DNA of 64,000 bases, from assembly GCA_015055965.1 (NCBI GenBank), contig SVHG01000006.1, forward strand, positions 57,234 through 121,233. The letters run 5' to 3'. Shown here piece by piece: positions 8,302-15,910 of this stretch (its first letter is position 1; every line of letters starts with the position of its first letter). Below the pieces are notes generated by a model. It made no database searches, was not told the DNA's origin, and worked only from the letters and a program-made list of their open reading frames with translations. This DNA is from Clostridiales bacterium (lineage in GTDB: Bacteria; Bacillota; Clostridia; Christensenellales; Borkfalkiaceae). Both the position numbers and the translations under genes were made by a program.

Positions 8302-9141
8302 TCAGCCGTTTTTAGGGCGTTTTTTGTGTTGTTTTTTATTATCTTTATTTTCTGCCTTTTTAGGCGCGCGCTTAACCTGCTTGGACTTACTCTTTTTCAC
8401 AGTATCTTCTTGGGGAGCAGCAGGAATTAAGAACATAGTAGTTCCGTCTTGCGCGGTGCGAATATCGTAATTGCCAAGCATGGGTTGAATTTTAAACATT
8501 AGCTCCTTTAAGGATTTGCAGTTATAGTTGCGTGGAATAAAGTCCGAAAACTTGTTTTTCATTTCGGTTGCAATACGCGCAAACAGCGCCCAACCGTCCT
8601 CTTCTATAAGCTTATCTATAACCTCCTTTAGGGCGCTAAGTCTATCGTACTCGATAACGAACTGATGCTTATCCTTCTTCTTTTCAGGAGTGGGCTTGGT
8701 ATCCTTATTCGCTTCGCTATCTAAATAAATAAATTCAGAAAAGGCGTTTACGAATGCTTGTGCGGTTTGCTTTAATCCAAGACCGATAACCGTTTTTTCG
8801 CGCTCACGAAGAACTTGAACTAATCTTGTGAAATCACTATCTGAAGAAGCCAAACAGAACACGTCTATATCGCGTTCAAAAAGCACCATCATAGCGTTTA
8901 TAATAAGTGAAATATCCCCTGAATTTTTGCCCTTAACGGCAGAAAACTGCTGTTCAGCAAGCAAGGAATGGCGGTTTACAACCTCTTTCCACGCCTGAAC
9001 GTTAACGCTAGACCAATCTGCAAAAACTCTGCGAATGATAACGTCGCCGTAATTTGCAGCTTCTGCAAACAAACGGTCTGCAAAGCGGGCGGATATATTT
9101 TCTGCATCTATAAAAACTGCTACCTTTTTATTTTCTTTCAT
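8302..9141 (-). CDS. NYN (LabA-like PIN-fold) domain protein with a C-terminal OST-HTH/LOTUS-like domain and a Lys-rich tail
   Basis: 279 aa. NYN signature: KVAVFIDAENIS...FADWSS...SGDISLIINAMMVLFERDIDVFCLASSDSDFTRLVQVLRE..KTVIGLG. OST-HTH-like: LKEVIDKLIEEDGWALFARIATEMKNKFSDFIPRNYNCKSLKELM. Tail: KKSKSKQVKRAPKKAENKDNKKQHKKRPKNG. Confidence 0.8.
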   Translation of the reverse strand: MKENKKVAVFIDAENISARFADRLFAEAANYGDVIIRRVFADWSSVNVQAWKEVVNRHSLLAEQQFSAVKGKNSGDISLIINAMMVLFERDIDVFCLASSDSDFTRLVQVLREREKTVIGLGLKQTAQAFVNAFSEFIYLDSEANKDTKPTPEKKKDKHQFVIEYDRLSALKEVIDKLIEEDGWALFARIATEMKNKFSDFIPRNYNCKSLKELMFKIQPMLGNYDIRTAQDGTTMFLIPAAPQEDTVKKSKSKQVKRAPKKAENKDNKKQHKKRPKNG

Positions 9142-9212
9142 TTATATAAATCCTTTATAATTATGACTTTTGGTTGTTATTTTTAAATAACGTATTCTTT
9201 TTTTATTAACCT

Positions 9213-9905
9213 TTAACCGTCTATTCCGCGAAGAGCGCAATTAATATTAAGTCCTTTAATAAAAGAGCAAAGCTCCTTCATTTCCACCTCTGAATAAGCG
9301 GAATAGCCCTCTTTTATAACCTTGTGGGAATGCTTGTATTGCTGTAAAAAATATCGCTTACAACCCTTTATAAGGCTTGCAATTTCTTCAAAGTCCTGCT
9401 TGGAATGCAACTGCTTAACGACGGTGGTTCTAAACTCATAATCCACCTTATTTTGAGCAATAAGAAAGGCTATACTTTTTAAAACGTTATCTACGTTTAC
9501 CATTCCACCGCAAGCGATATTATAGCCGTTAGGACTTGATTTAACGTCCATCGCAACGTAATCGCATAAGCCTTCGTTTACGATAGCAACTAATTTGTTA
9601 TGCATACTGCCGTTGGTATCAAGCTTAATTAAAAAACCAAGCTTTCTTATTTTTTGCATAAACTCAACTATATCCGGCTGTAAAAGTGGTTCTCCACCGG
9701 TAATACAAACCCCATCTAGCTTGCCCTTACGGCTAGCTAAAAATTCAAAAAGCTCCTCTTCGCTAACCCCTTCCGTTTTATTATACACCACGTCTGAATT
9801 ATGGCAAAATGGGCAACGGAAATTACACCCCGCCGTAAAAACGGTACAAGCGGTGTGCTCCGGATAATCTAATAAAGTTAATTTTTGCAATCCTGCAATT
9901 TTCAT
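9213..9905 (-). CDS. nrdG: radical SAM activating enzyme, anaerobic ribonucleotide reductase activase (NrdG)-like
   Basis: 230 aa. MKIAGLQKLTLLDYPEHTACTVFTAGCNFRCPFCHNSD carries the CxxxCxxC cluster motif, and ITGGEPLLQ is also present. No nrdD gene is adjacent in this window. Confidence 0.7.
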   Translation of the reverse strand: MKIAGLQKLTLLDYPEHTACTVFTAGCNFRCPFCHNSDVVYNKTEGVSEEELFEFLASRKGKLDGVCITGGEPLLQPDIVEFMQKIRKLGFLIKLDTNGSMHNKLVAIVNEGLCDYVAMDVKSSPNGYNIACGGMVNVDNVLKSIAFLIAQNKVDYEFRTTVVKQLHSKQDFEEIASLIKGCKRYFLQQYKHSHKVIKEGYSAYSEVEMKELCSFIKGLNINCALRGIDG

Positions 9906-10008
9906 ATTTAACCCAACGATTTATAAAAACAATCTTTCCTTATTATAATATAATCTAATTAAAAGACTTATAACTATTATCAAATAACCAATAAAAGCCT
10001 GTAACAAA

Positions 10009-10038
10009 AACGCACTCTTCTTATAGGAAGAATGCGTT
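10009..10038 (-). terminator. intrinsic terminator 3' of 10063-11112
   Basis: Minus-strand RNA: AACGCAUUCUUC, loop, GAAGAGUGCGUU (12 bp including one G-U pair), then UUUUGUU. Confidence 0.65.
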
Positions 10039-10062
10039 TACTTCATCTTTTGTAAAGCTAAA

Positions 10063-11112
10063 TTATTCAGCATCACTGCTTACGTCAACGTCGGTATCAA
10101 CGTCCCCTTCGGGAAGATCTTTTGCAGCTAAAGACTCTTCGATAAGAGCCATAGCGTCAACGATAAAGGGTTTTCTTCTTTCTAACATACCGTGTTGTTC
10201 AGCGCATTGGTCAATAAGAATTTTAGCGTACTTAACTGCTCTACCAGACTTAATACGAAGCATAGTGGGAACGGTTACGTAGGTCTTCTTATCAGACATA
10301 TCCTTACAGTGGAACTTAGGATCGGTAGTATTGATATCCATATTTAAGTAAAGCTTTAAGGTCTTACCGGCAAGGCCAAGCTTAACGAATTGGAATCTAC
10401 CTTGGTTAATACTATCAAACTTTCTTGAAATTCTTGATTTAAGCTTTCTGAAGCGAAGAGCGTAGTTCTTAAGCTCGTCATATCTATCCTGAAGAATTTC
10501 AGAAGCATCACGCATTTTTTCTGCAAAGCAACGGCTTCTTACAGCGGGAGCTTTGGGAGCTTCCTCTACTGCAGGCTCAACGGGAACAACTTCTTGAGCG
10601 GGCTCTTCAACGGGAGCGGGTTCTTCTGCAGGAGCTTCCGTAGCGATAAGAACGATAGTGTTATCGGGTTCTTGAGCGGGTTCAACGAATTCCGTAGCAG
10701 CAACCTCTTCTGCAGGTTCTTCTACAGGAGCGGGTTCTTCTGCGGGAGCAGGAACTTCCTTAACAACAACCTCCTTAACAGAGTTTGCAAGTAAGTCAAT
10801 AATAGCATCACACTTGCCAACAACTTCGCTAAGTAAGGTAATCATACCGCTATCCGTTTGAACGATGGGCGCAATGGGGGTAGTTTCTACAACAACCTTA
10901 ATGGGTTCCATCTTGATAGGAGCAGGCTCTGCTGCAACAACGGGTTCTTGAGCGGGAGCAGGTTCAGCCACAACGGGCTCTACAACCTGCATTGGAGCAG
11001 GTGTGGGAACGTAAACGGGCTTACCGTTTTTATCAACCATTACCTCTTCTACGCGAGCGAAATATCTCTTTCCGCCACTACTCTTACCATCGTTAGATAA
11101 CCAGATTTTCAT
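10063..11112 (-). CDS. hypothetical protein with a Pro/Glu/Ala/Val-rich low-complexity centre and a basic C-terminal domain
   Basis: 349 aa. Internal repeats are PAPAEEPAPVEEPAEEV and APAEEPAPVEEPAQEV. The basic C-terminal ~150 aa includes RFRKLKSRISRKFDSINQGRFQFVKLGLAGKTLKLYL. I do not recognise the family. Confidence 0.7.
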   Translation of the reverse strand: MKIWLSNDGKSSGGKRYFARVEEVMVDKNGKPVYVPTPAPMQVVEPVVAEPAPAQEPVVAAEPAPIKMEPIKVVVETTPIAPIVQTDSGMITLLSEVVGKCDAIIDLLANSVKEVVVKEVPAPAEEPAPVEEPAEEVAATEFVEPAQEPDNTIVLIATEAPAEEPAPVEEPAQEVVPVEPAVEEAPKAPAVRSRCFAEKMRDASEILQDRYDELKNYALRFRKLKSRISRKFDSINQGRFQFVKLGLAGKTLKLYLNMDINTTDPKFHCKDMSDKKTYVTVPTMLRIKSGRAVKYAKILIDQCAEQHGMLERRKPFIVDAMALIEESLAAKDLPEGDVDTDVDVSSDAE

Positions 11113-11270
11113 AATCTACCTCTCACGGACAAATTTGCGACCTTAATCGTTCAGGCAAAGGGTATAAAATACCCCTACGCATATCCTTCTGCTAATATTA
11201 TATAATATATTTTAATAATAATCAAGTGTTAAACGAAAATTTTTTTGATTTTTTTAAAAAATTTCTTACT

Positions 11271-11352
11271 TTATCCACAAAAATATCCCTGTCGAAGTCG
11301 GTTATCAACATTTTTAGAGTTTTTTTATTAAATTTTTGGCAGTTTATCCACA
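11271..11352 (+). promoter_or_regulatory. cluster of three co-oriented DnaA-box-like 9-mers
   Basis: TTATCCACA at 11271-11279 and 11344-11352 match the consensus exactly. TTATCAACA at 11302-11310 has one mismatch. All lie in a 440-bp AT-rich intergenic region. Confidence 0.45.
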
Positions 11353-11499
11353 AAACCAAGAAAACCGACCTATTCAAAGACTTTTTAATTGTTTAACTTT
11401 TTTTAGCCCTTATTAAGCCCTCGTTATTAAATTATTTTAAACGCGCCCCATATATGCTTAACCCTATTAAAAAGACTAATAAGTTAAGGTGTAAAAAAT

Positions 11500-11530
11500 A
11501 AAAAAAGCGCAACGGTTTAATCGCTGCGCC
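11500..11530 (-). terminator. intrinsic terminator 3' of the 11553 lipoprotein gene
   Basis: Minus-strand RNA: GCGCAGCG, loop, CGUUGCGC, then a U-run. Confidence 0.65.
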
Positions 11531-11552
11531 TATTTTTATTAAATATTAACTA

Positions 11553-13037
11553 TTATTCTTCGTCCTTAAAGTTTTCTTCAAGGTAGGTTTCAATAGCTTC
11601 CTTAGTTGCTTCAGACTTAAAGCTGATGCTATGACCTAAGTTAACGTTGATTTGTTCTTCGCTAACTTCCCTGATTTCTGCAATTTGTTCTTCGGTTAAA
11701 GCGCCGTTAGCAGCGATATCAGAAGCGAATACTAAAGCAGTATAGGGTTCTGCACTGTAAACAGAGAAGAAGTATCCGTTAAGAACTTCAGGGGTATACC
11801 AAGCAGAATCTGCAAGAAGAGTAACGGTTGCGGGCTCTACCTTATTGCTGGGGGTAGTTAATAAAGCGTTAACGTCTACTCTGTAATAGTAGTTAGAAGA
11901 ATCGGTTAAGTATACGAAACCGTCTTGCCAGAACTTAACGGTGTAAGTGATTAATTCCTTACCGTAACCGATAAGCTTTCTACCTTCGGGAAGAGTGGTA
12001 TCGGTATAGTTGTATTCAACTAAGCCGTAAGTCTTATCTAAGTAAACGATACTGGTTAAACTTCTGTACCAAGAGTTTGTGCTAAAGATAGTAGCAGCAG
12101 ACTTAGAACCGTTATTTAAAAGAACTAAAGCTTCGCCTTGGTTGCTTTCTACGTTAGCAGAGCTTATGCCGGACTTAACAAGACCGTAGTAGTTGGTAAC
12201 GGTGGTAACTGAAGTATCAACGTAAACAACGCTTAAGAATAGGTTTTCTGCAGTTTCCTTAATAAGAGCGATCTTAGCGCCGGAAATACCAAAGTTCTTA
12301 CCGTTTAAAAGCATTTCCTTAGTACCGTCTAAATTAACGCGCCATAATTCGTTAAACGCTTCGTCCTTATCTAATTCTTCGTCGTGAGCGGTAACGGTGT
12401 AATAAACGTATTCAGATGCACCGTCAGCAAAAAGAACTGATTCTACCTTTTGAGTTTCTACGATAACTTCTTTAGTTTTAGCGCTGATAATCTTAATAAC
12501 GCTTTCGCTATCTTCGTTAACGGTTTTTAAAACAAGGTAAACTTCGCCGTTAGATTCAACGAAACGGTATTGAGTGGTGTTATCTTCAACGGTGGTGATG
12601 ATAACTGAAGTCTTACCGTCTAAAGAAGTTCTGGTGAAGCAAAGCTTGCTATTTTCAATTTCGCCCGCTTTATTCTTAGCGGTAGAAGGAGTTGCATAGT
12701 AAACTTCGTTACCGAAAATATAAAAGCCTGAAGTCTTATCGCCTGCAACAAAAAGTGAAGGAATAACGATTTCGGGATTTTCATAAAGCTTATCTGCTTT
12801 AACTCTTGCTAAAGCGCCCATTTCTACCTTACCGTAGGTATTATCTGAGGTGTGGGTTTCTACGCCGTTAATAAAGTAAATATAGTCACCCTTTTGAACA
12901 ACGAAACCACCGTTTGAAGATACTTCACCTTCAAAGCCGGAAAGCTTGTTTTCGTAACCGGTTGAATCGCCACAGCCTGCAAATACAGCAGTTAAGCAGG
13001 TTAAAACTGCAACGAGTAAGATAATGATTTTTTTCAT
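11553..13037 (-). CDS. putative lipoprotein, beta-propeller-like (DUF5050-like YY repeats)
   Basis: ORF track 11553-13070. The likely start is ATG 13037, with an AGGAG RBS. Lipobox: MKKIIILLVAVLTCLTAVFAGC|GDS. Recurrent strand motifs: GDYIYFING, GNEVYYAT, EYVYYTV, SNYYYRVD. Confidence 0.8.
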   Translation of the reverse strand: MKKIIILLVAVLTCLTAVFAGCGDSTGYENKLSGFEGEVSSNGGFVVQKGDYIYFINGVETHTSDNTYGKVEMGALARVKADKLYENPEIVIPSLFVAGDKTSGFYIFGNEVYYATPSTAKNKAGEIENSKLCFTRTSLDGKTSVIITTVEDNTTQYRFVESNGEVYLVLKTVNEDSESVIKIISAKTKEVIVETQKVESVLFADGASEYVYYTVTAHDEELDKDEAFNELWRVNLDGTKEMLLNGKNFGISGAKIALIKETAENLFLSVVYVDTSVTTVTNYYGLVKSGISSANVESNQGEALVLLNNGSKSAATIFSTNSWYRSLTSIVYLDKTYGLVEYNYTDTTLPEGRKLIGYGKELITYTVKFWQDGFVYLTDSSNYYYRVDVNALLTTPSNKVEPATVTLLADSAWYTPEVLNGYFFSVYSAEPYTALVFASDIAANGALTEEQIAEIREVSEEQINVNLGHSISFKSEATKEAIETYLEENFKDEE

Positions 13038-13243
13038 TTCTATTGCTCCTTTATTGTGCGGAAAAATCATCTTGCGATTCTATCCGCAATTATATACTCG
13101 TATATTATATAACAAATAAAGAAAATAATCAAACATTTTTAGCAAAAAAATTCTATATTCTTAAAAATATTAATATAAATATATTAAACCTTTTACACTT
13201 AAAGGCGTTTTACTACCCTATTTTACCATGCAAGGAGGTATTT

Positions 13244-13609
13244 ATGGAAAATAAAGGCATTTGGGATTTAATAACTAAGCTAAGCGCACCGTTAAAGGAT
13301 AAAACCGCAACCGAAGAAAAGGCTAACGACGCTAATAGTCCACAAGAAAACTCTACCGAAGAAGAACAATCCTTTTTGTTAAGCGGTAGCCACCTAAAAA
13401 GCTATAACCCATTTGCTTCCCCACTTATTAAAAAACCGCAAATATCCTCCGCCAGAGCAGAGCGACCGCCACGCTCCGTTATTGATTTGCGTTCTAGTAA
13501 AAATTTAGCAAACGGCAAAGCTAAGGATAAAACTCACAATATTATAGAGCTTATTAACAGGCATAATTATTATTCCCACAAGATAACCAAAAAACCGCCT
13601 AACGGCTGA
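13244..13609 (+). CDS. small hypothetical protein (121 aa)
   Basis: An internal ATG at 13244 is preceded by AAGGAGG. The upstream part of the 13043-13609 ORF is AT-rich, promoter-like sequence. A terminator follows. No recognisable domain. Confidence 0.5.
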   Translation: MENKGIWDLITKLSAPLKDKTATEEKANDANSPQENSTEEEQSFLLSGSHLKSYNPFASPLIKKPQISSARAERPPRSVIDLRSSKNLANGKAKDKTHNIIELINRHNYYSHKITKKPPNG

Positions 13610-13693
13610 TAATTGCGCTATAGCTCGGTTTTTAATAATCTTAATTTTGTTAAGCTTCCCCTAAAAAAATAATAAAAAGCATATAAAACTCAA

Positions 13694-13735
13694 GCGAGCA
13701 ACAGGTATTTTAAATACGCGTTGCTCGCTTTGTTT
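13694..13735 (+). terminator. intrinsic terminator
   Basis: GCGAGCAAC (13694-13702) pairs with GTTGCTCGC (13720-13728), followed by TTTGTTT. The right arm belongs to the duplicated cassette tail (see the repeat features). Confidence 0.6.
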
Positions 13736-14010
13736 CGTTAAATATTAAATGTTTTGTTACGAATTTGGAACGGGATTGCCTGCATCATCATAATGCCATT
13801 CGTTTGCATAATATACTTTTGCATTTTCAACGGCAAAATCATCCGCCCAGCCATCAGGCTTGCTTTCCGCTTCACAATAGACTATCGTATCAGTAAAGGC
13901 CTCTAAACCAATCATCTGCACACTGCTTGGAATTACTATTTGTTTTAAATTTTTACACCCTTGAAATGCTTTAGCTCCTATTTCCTTCAATCCATCATTT
14001 AAAGAAATAT
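13717..14010 (-). repeat. direct repeat copy A (3' end of the LRR gene plus ~40 nt of 3' tail)
   Basis: Aligns with 14878-15171 at a constant offset of 1161 nt. The first ~150 nt are near-identical, including the non-coding GTTGCTCGCTTTGTTTCGTTAAATATTAAATGTTTTGTTAC. Confidence 0.8.
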
Positions 14011-14686
14011 CTTCAAGAGTTTTGTGTTTTGAAAAAGTTAACATTCCAATTCTTTGCAGATCTGAACCACACACTATTTTCTTAATTGCTAAATTAGTAA
14101 ACACACTACCAGTAAGAGCTTTAATCTCATTAGGTAAAGCAAGTTCTCCCTCTCGCGTAATAACCTCTTTAGAAATCCATAACAATACATTACCTTTTTC
14201 TGAAATCGAAAAATAGTCGCTAATACTATTTATCCCAAACAAAAAATACGGCAATCCAATATCGGCACAAACATAATCTTCAAAATGATAATAACTTTTT
14301 AAAAAATCAGCCCCAGCATATTGAATAAAGGCATTTAATTCGCCTTTATAAATAATTATATAATAATTATCTTTCTCTTCTGATACCACTAAAACAATCT
14401 CTTCAAACTCTGGCAGATTTTTATAATATGCCTTACAATCATCATATTCATCTGCTGAAAGAGTGTCCTTGTTTAAAAAAACAAATTTATAACTTTCGCC
14501 AAAACTTACGTTTTTTAACCTATTTAATGAAATCCTATCTCGAAGATAATTTTCTTCCATTTCTGTTCCACTTTTGTTAAACCAACTGCAAGACGGATAA
14601 CTTATTATTAGAACAAATGCCAATATAATTACTGCTATAACAGATACAACTACGAGCAATACCTTTCTTTTCCCTCTTCTCAACAT
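13757..14686 (-). CDS. membrane-anchored leucine-rich-repeat (BspA-type) protein; candidate immunity protein
   Basis: ORF track 13757-14707. The likely start is ATG 14686, after an AAAGGAG RBS. N-terminal TM: KVLLVVVSVIAVIILAFVLIISY. LRR: LEDISLNDGLKEIGAKAFQGCKNLKQIVIPSSVQMIGLEAFTDT. The immunity role is inferred from position only. Confidence 0.75.
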   Translation of the reverse strand: MLRRGKRKVLLVVVSVIAVIILAFVLIISYPSCSWFNKSGTEMEENYLRDRISLNRLKNVSFGESYKFVFLNKDTLSADEYDDCKAYYKNLPEFEEIVLVVSEEKDNYYIIIYKGELNAFIQYAGADFLKSYYHFEDYVCADIGLPYFLFGINSISDYFSISEKGNVLLWISKEVITREGELALPNEIKALTGSVFTNLAIKKIVCGSDLQRIGMLTFSKHKTLEDISLNDGLKEIGAKAFQGCKNLKQIVIPSSVQMIGLEAFTDTIVYCEAESKPDGWADDFAVENAKVYYANEWHYDDAGNPVPNS

Positions 14687-14700
14687 TATATAATCTCCTT

Positions 14701-14880
14701 TTACCATACAGGATCAAATAATAACTTCAACACCCAATCTTCTTGACATGCGCGCGCCAATCCTAAAGATCCACCACCGTGACCTAGCCCATTCATAAGC
14801 CAATGCATATTATTTAAATTTGAAACATATAACGAATCGTTATCAGAACTTAAAATTGCCTCATTTAGATCTTGTTGCGC
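14701..14880 (-). pseudogene. remnant of a polymorphic-toxin C-terminal tail (~60 codons, no start)
   Basis: My translation ends ...NGLGHGGGSLGLARACQEDWVLKLLFDPVW*. This aligns with the end of the 15911-17737 ORF (...CNYGFGGGAFKLAYANKNDWDVQSLLFKPYW*). The same ATGGTAA-type junction joins it to the downstream LRR gene. Confidence 0.6.
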
Positions 14881-15171
14881 GTTGCTCGCTTTGTTTCGTT
14901 AAATATTAAATGTTTTGTTACAAATTTGGAACGGGATTGCCTGCATCATCATAATGCCATTCGTTTGCATAATATACTTTAGCATTTTCAACAGCAAAAT
15001 CATCCTCCCAGCCATCAGGCTTGCTTGCCGCTTCACAAAATACCATTGTATCCGTAAACGCGTACGCACCAATTATTTCCACACTTTTAGGAATCACTAT
15101 TTGTTTTAAATTTTTACACCCTTGAAATGCTTGTGCTGCTATACTAACTAAACCGTCATTTAAAGAAATAT
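14878..15171 (-). repeat. direct repeat copy B
   Basis: See copy A. Copy B lacks the left arm of the terminator hairpin, so the duplication boundary is at ~14877. Confidence 0.8.
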
Positions 15172-15895
15172 TTTCTAAACTCGAATGATAAAATGTTATT
15201 TGCCCTATCCTAATCATATTGGGCGAGCACTTTACATGCTTTATTTTAGATGACTTGTAAAATGGCGCGCTGGATATATGTGTCACCTCTAATGGAATTT
15301 CAAATATACCATTTTGATAACATTCCTCCTTAAAACCTATCAAAACTTTCCCGCCCATAGTTGTTGCGATACCTTCCTCATTATAAGATATATCTCCTAA
15401 TAGGAAATATGCACACTCGTCATCCAACACGCAATAATCTTCATATTTAACATAATGAGATTTATTGCAAAAATCATGCATTTTTAATAAATTTATAACA
15501 TCACCCTTAAAAACAATAAATGTATATTTATGTTTTTGGACTAAGCCTCCATTATTTTTATCAATAACAATAGATTTATCATCAAGCTCAAATATACAAA
15601 CTTCTTCATAATCAGGCAATTGGTAATACTCTTTACTAGCATTATATTGTTTTTTTGAAAGAGATTTTTTACTTAAAAAAATCAATTCGCCCTTATTTTC
15701 TTGGCCAAATAAGGATTCGAATCCTTTATCGAAATATTCTTTATCTGACAAATATTCCTTTTCCATTTGAGTTCCACTTTTACCAAATCGGCTGCAAGAC
15801 TGATAAGTTATTATCCCAACCAAAGTTAATATAATTGTTGCTATAATAGATACAGCTATAAGTAAAATCTTTCTTTTTCTTCTCCACTTAAACAT
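14918..15895 (-). CDS. membrane-anchored LRR (BspA-type) protein, paralogue of 13757-14686; candidate immunity protein
   Basis: 325 aa. N-terminal TM: ILLIAVSIIATIILTLVGIITY. The C-terminal ~90 aa are near-identical to the paralogue (...FQGCKNLKQIVIP.SV..IG..AFTDT.V.CEA.SKPDGW.DDFAVENAKVYYANEWHYDDAGNPVPN). The gene lies 15 nt downstream of the RHS-tip ORF. Confidence 0.8.
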   Translation of the reverse strand: MFKWRRKRKILLIAVSIIATIILTLVGIITYQSCSRFGKSGTQMEKEYLSDKEYFDKGFESLFGQENKGELIFLSKKSLSKKQYNASKEYYQLPDYEEVCIFELDDKSIVIDKNNGGLVQKHKYTFIVFKGDVINLLKMHDFCNKSHYVKYEDYCVLDDECAYFLLGDISYNEEGIATTMGGKVLIGFKEECYQNGIFEIPLEVTHISSAPFYKSSKIKHVKCSPNMIRIGQITFYHSSLENISLNDGLVSIAAQAFQGCKNLKQIVIPKSVEIIGAYAFTDTMVFCEAASKPDGWEDDFAVENAKVYYANEWHYDDAGNPVPNL

Positions 15896-15910
15896 TTTAT
15901 AATCTCCTTT

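Noticed and set aside
5444-10794. Short antisense ORFs within the anti-sigma, sigma, NYN, NrdG-like and Pro/Glu-rich genes (5444-5692, 5972-6154, 7461-7649, 7752-8072, 8279-8470, 8968-9186, 9595-9867, 10594-10794, and also 10858-11100).
   Set aside because: Each lies opposite a longer ORF with recognisable domains or signal sequences. None has an RBS or a recognisable motif.
11113-11552. The DnaA-box cluster as the chromosomal replication origin (oriC).
   Set aside because: There are only three boxes, dnaA and dnaN are not adjacent, I could not define an obvious AT-rich 13-mer-type unwinding element, and gene orientation does not switch across the region. I report it only as a DnaA-box cluster.
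13043-13243. The N-terminal 67 codons of track ORF 13043-13609, and similar non-ATG or 5'-extended starts at 2527, 1843, 2349, 13070, 14707 and 19916.
   Set aside because: The extensions run through AT-rich promoter-like DNA or overlap the upstream gene. In each case an internal ATG with a proper Shine-Dalgarno sequence gives a sensible N-terminus, such as a signal peptide or TM segment.
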